Assembly (NCBI GenBank): GCA_963514005.1 | Contig: OY740782.1 | Coordinates: 87,358,001-87,422,000 of the forward strand | DNA length: 64,000 nt | DNA from: Raja brachyura | Taxonomy: Eukaryota | Direction of reading: 5' to 3' | Part shown: one piece after another, positions 62,476-64,000 of the stretch | How the letters are laid out: each line of letters opens with the position of its first letter | Position numbering within the stretch: position 1 is the first letter of the stretch | Position numbers and translations under genes: made by a program | Notes under the pieces: model-generated | Seen by the model: the letters and a program-made list of their open reading frames with translations, nothing else | Database searches by the model: none | What the model was told of the DNA's origin: nothing

Positions 62476-64000
62476 CCTATCATTTACTTATTTACCTCTG
62501 CACTCCACAATTTGAGGTTTGTAAGAGAAAAAAAATCACATGTGGTTAAAGTGCACATTGTCAGATTTGAATAAAGGTTATGTTTTATACATTTTGGTAT
62601 CATCATGTAGAAATTGCAGCAGTGTTTATTAGGTATGTTACAAAACTTACCTTTACCGGCGCTGCACTTCTGCCGCTCCCCGTGTGCGCGACTTTCGCGC
62701 CTTGCAGAGGGGGGCGGGCTTAAAGTACCGTTTTTCCACAGGCAGGACAAATCGATGAATGTCGGGCGATTTGGTTGCTGAAGAAAAATCGCTCCGACAT
62801 TTCATCAATGGTGGTATTTTTAAATTACTCTAAATTATTTATTAACTAGAGTAATTTAAAAATCACCTTCAAAAGCCGTGACCGCAGACAACCGGAAGCA
62901 TTTTGCGTAGGGAAGAAAAAAAGGTAAATAGTTTATTTTTATATTAAAAGTTGGTTTTTCGGGAGGCATTAATAATATTTTTATGTTGCGAAATGGGCTC
63001 CCCAAAAAATGTATGAACCCCCAGTATTTTTCCCCCCGACTTCACTGCTAACCGCAACGTTCCAATTCACCGCATTCCGCTAAAACCCACTCGCTAGTTG
63101 ATTTAAATGGCCATTAATTTACAGGCATAAAACACTAAAATCCTTCCATTTGGCCCAGAAATTCATGAAAATTAGACAAAAAAATTATGTTATATTGTGG
63201 ATTATTGTGTGAATGTTATTTGGACACTTAGGCAATTTTAAAAAAGTTTATCTTTTCTTAAGAAATTGATAGATGTTTAGATCTACTCATTGAATTTTGT
63301 AATTAGCTACAATTAGATAACTAACTAATTATATGCTTTACTTTCAGGTCATCCAAGTAAGATTGTTTAATATTTGTTTCAGAATGCTTCAATCTATAAT
63401 AACTGAAAATTTCATTGAGTTCTCTTAATTTTTAAGAATGTTATGGACATTTAACTTTTCCAGATCACAGCTTTTGAGTTAAGTCAATTGAAAGGCAATG
63501 GGAAGCAAGATGCTCATTTCCGAGTATGAAAATGGCCATAACTTTCTTAATACTGAAAATATGAAAGTAAATTAGGTGTCAAATTAAACTTCTTTTTATG
63601 CTTTATCTGATGGGATAAATTGCAGACTTGATTTTTAAAATCTCAAAATTTTGTAACATTGCTATGTTTATACATAGTCCCCCCATTTCAGGATACCATA
63701 ATATTTGGGACACAGCAATGTCATGGAAATGAAAGTACTCGTGTTTAGTATTTTGTTGCATATCTTTTGCATGCAATGACTGCTTGAAGTCTGCGATTCA
63801 TGGACATCACCAGTTGCTGGGTATCTTCTCTGGTGATGCTTTGCCAGGCCTGTATACAGCCATCTTTAGCTTATGCTTGTTTTGGGGGCAAGTCCCCTTC
63901 AGTTTTCTCTTCAACACGTAAAAGGCATGCTCAATTGGGTTCAGATCTGGTGATTGACTTGGCCACTCAAGTATTGACCATTTTTTAGCTTTGAAAAACT
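62476..64000 (-). mobile_element. Tc1 transposon (3' TIR region and transposase C-terminus), running off the window and interrupted by a 1-kb insertion
   Basis: Minus strand encodes WSILEWPSQSPDLNPIEHAF...QAWQSI...LV.SM.RRLQAVI (63765-63985, one frameshift). Confidence 0.9.
62630..63664. mobile_element. Non-autonomous TIR DNA transposon (1035 bp) with TAG...CTA termini and 7-bp TSD
   Basis: TIR taggtatgttacaaaa / ttttgtaacattgcta (14/16 match); tgtttat at 62623-62629 and 63665-63671. Confidence 0.8.

Overview
Vertebrate genomic DNA, very probably a cartilaginous fish (skate/ray), inferred from HE1-type V-SINEs, HER1-like CR1 LINEs and the overall repeat content. The only host gene I can support is the 3' end of STK31 (TDRD8) on the minus strand: five phase-0 coding exons (62125->54207) encoding the C-lobe of its pseudokinase domain. 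The gene continues beyond the window end. The other ~54 kb is intergenic and dominated by decayed, often nested mobile elements: Rex1/Babar, CR1, L1, Penelope (GIY-YIG plus hammerhead-like pLTR units), V-SINEs, two solo LTRs, non-autonomous Helitrons, Tc1, a Harbinger-type MITE and a TAG-terminated TIR element with a 7-bp TSD. There is one assembly gap (15144-15371). Almost all entries in the ORF track are TE fragments or antisense/low-complexity artefacts. I found no prokaryote-type system and no clearly novel protein-coding system. The best candidates for under-described biology are non-autonomous mobile-element families. All family assignments come from motif recognition and recall, not database searches.
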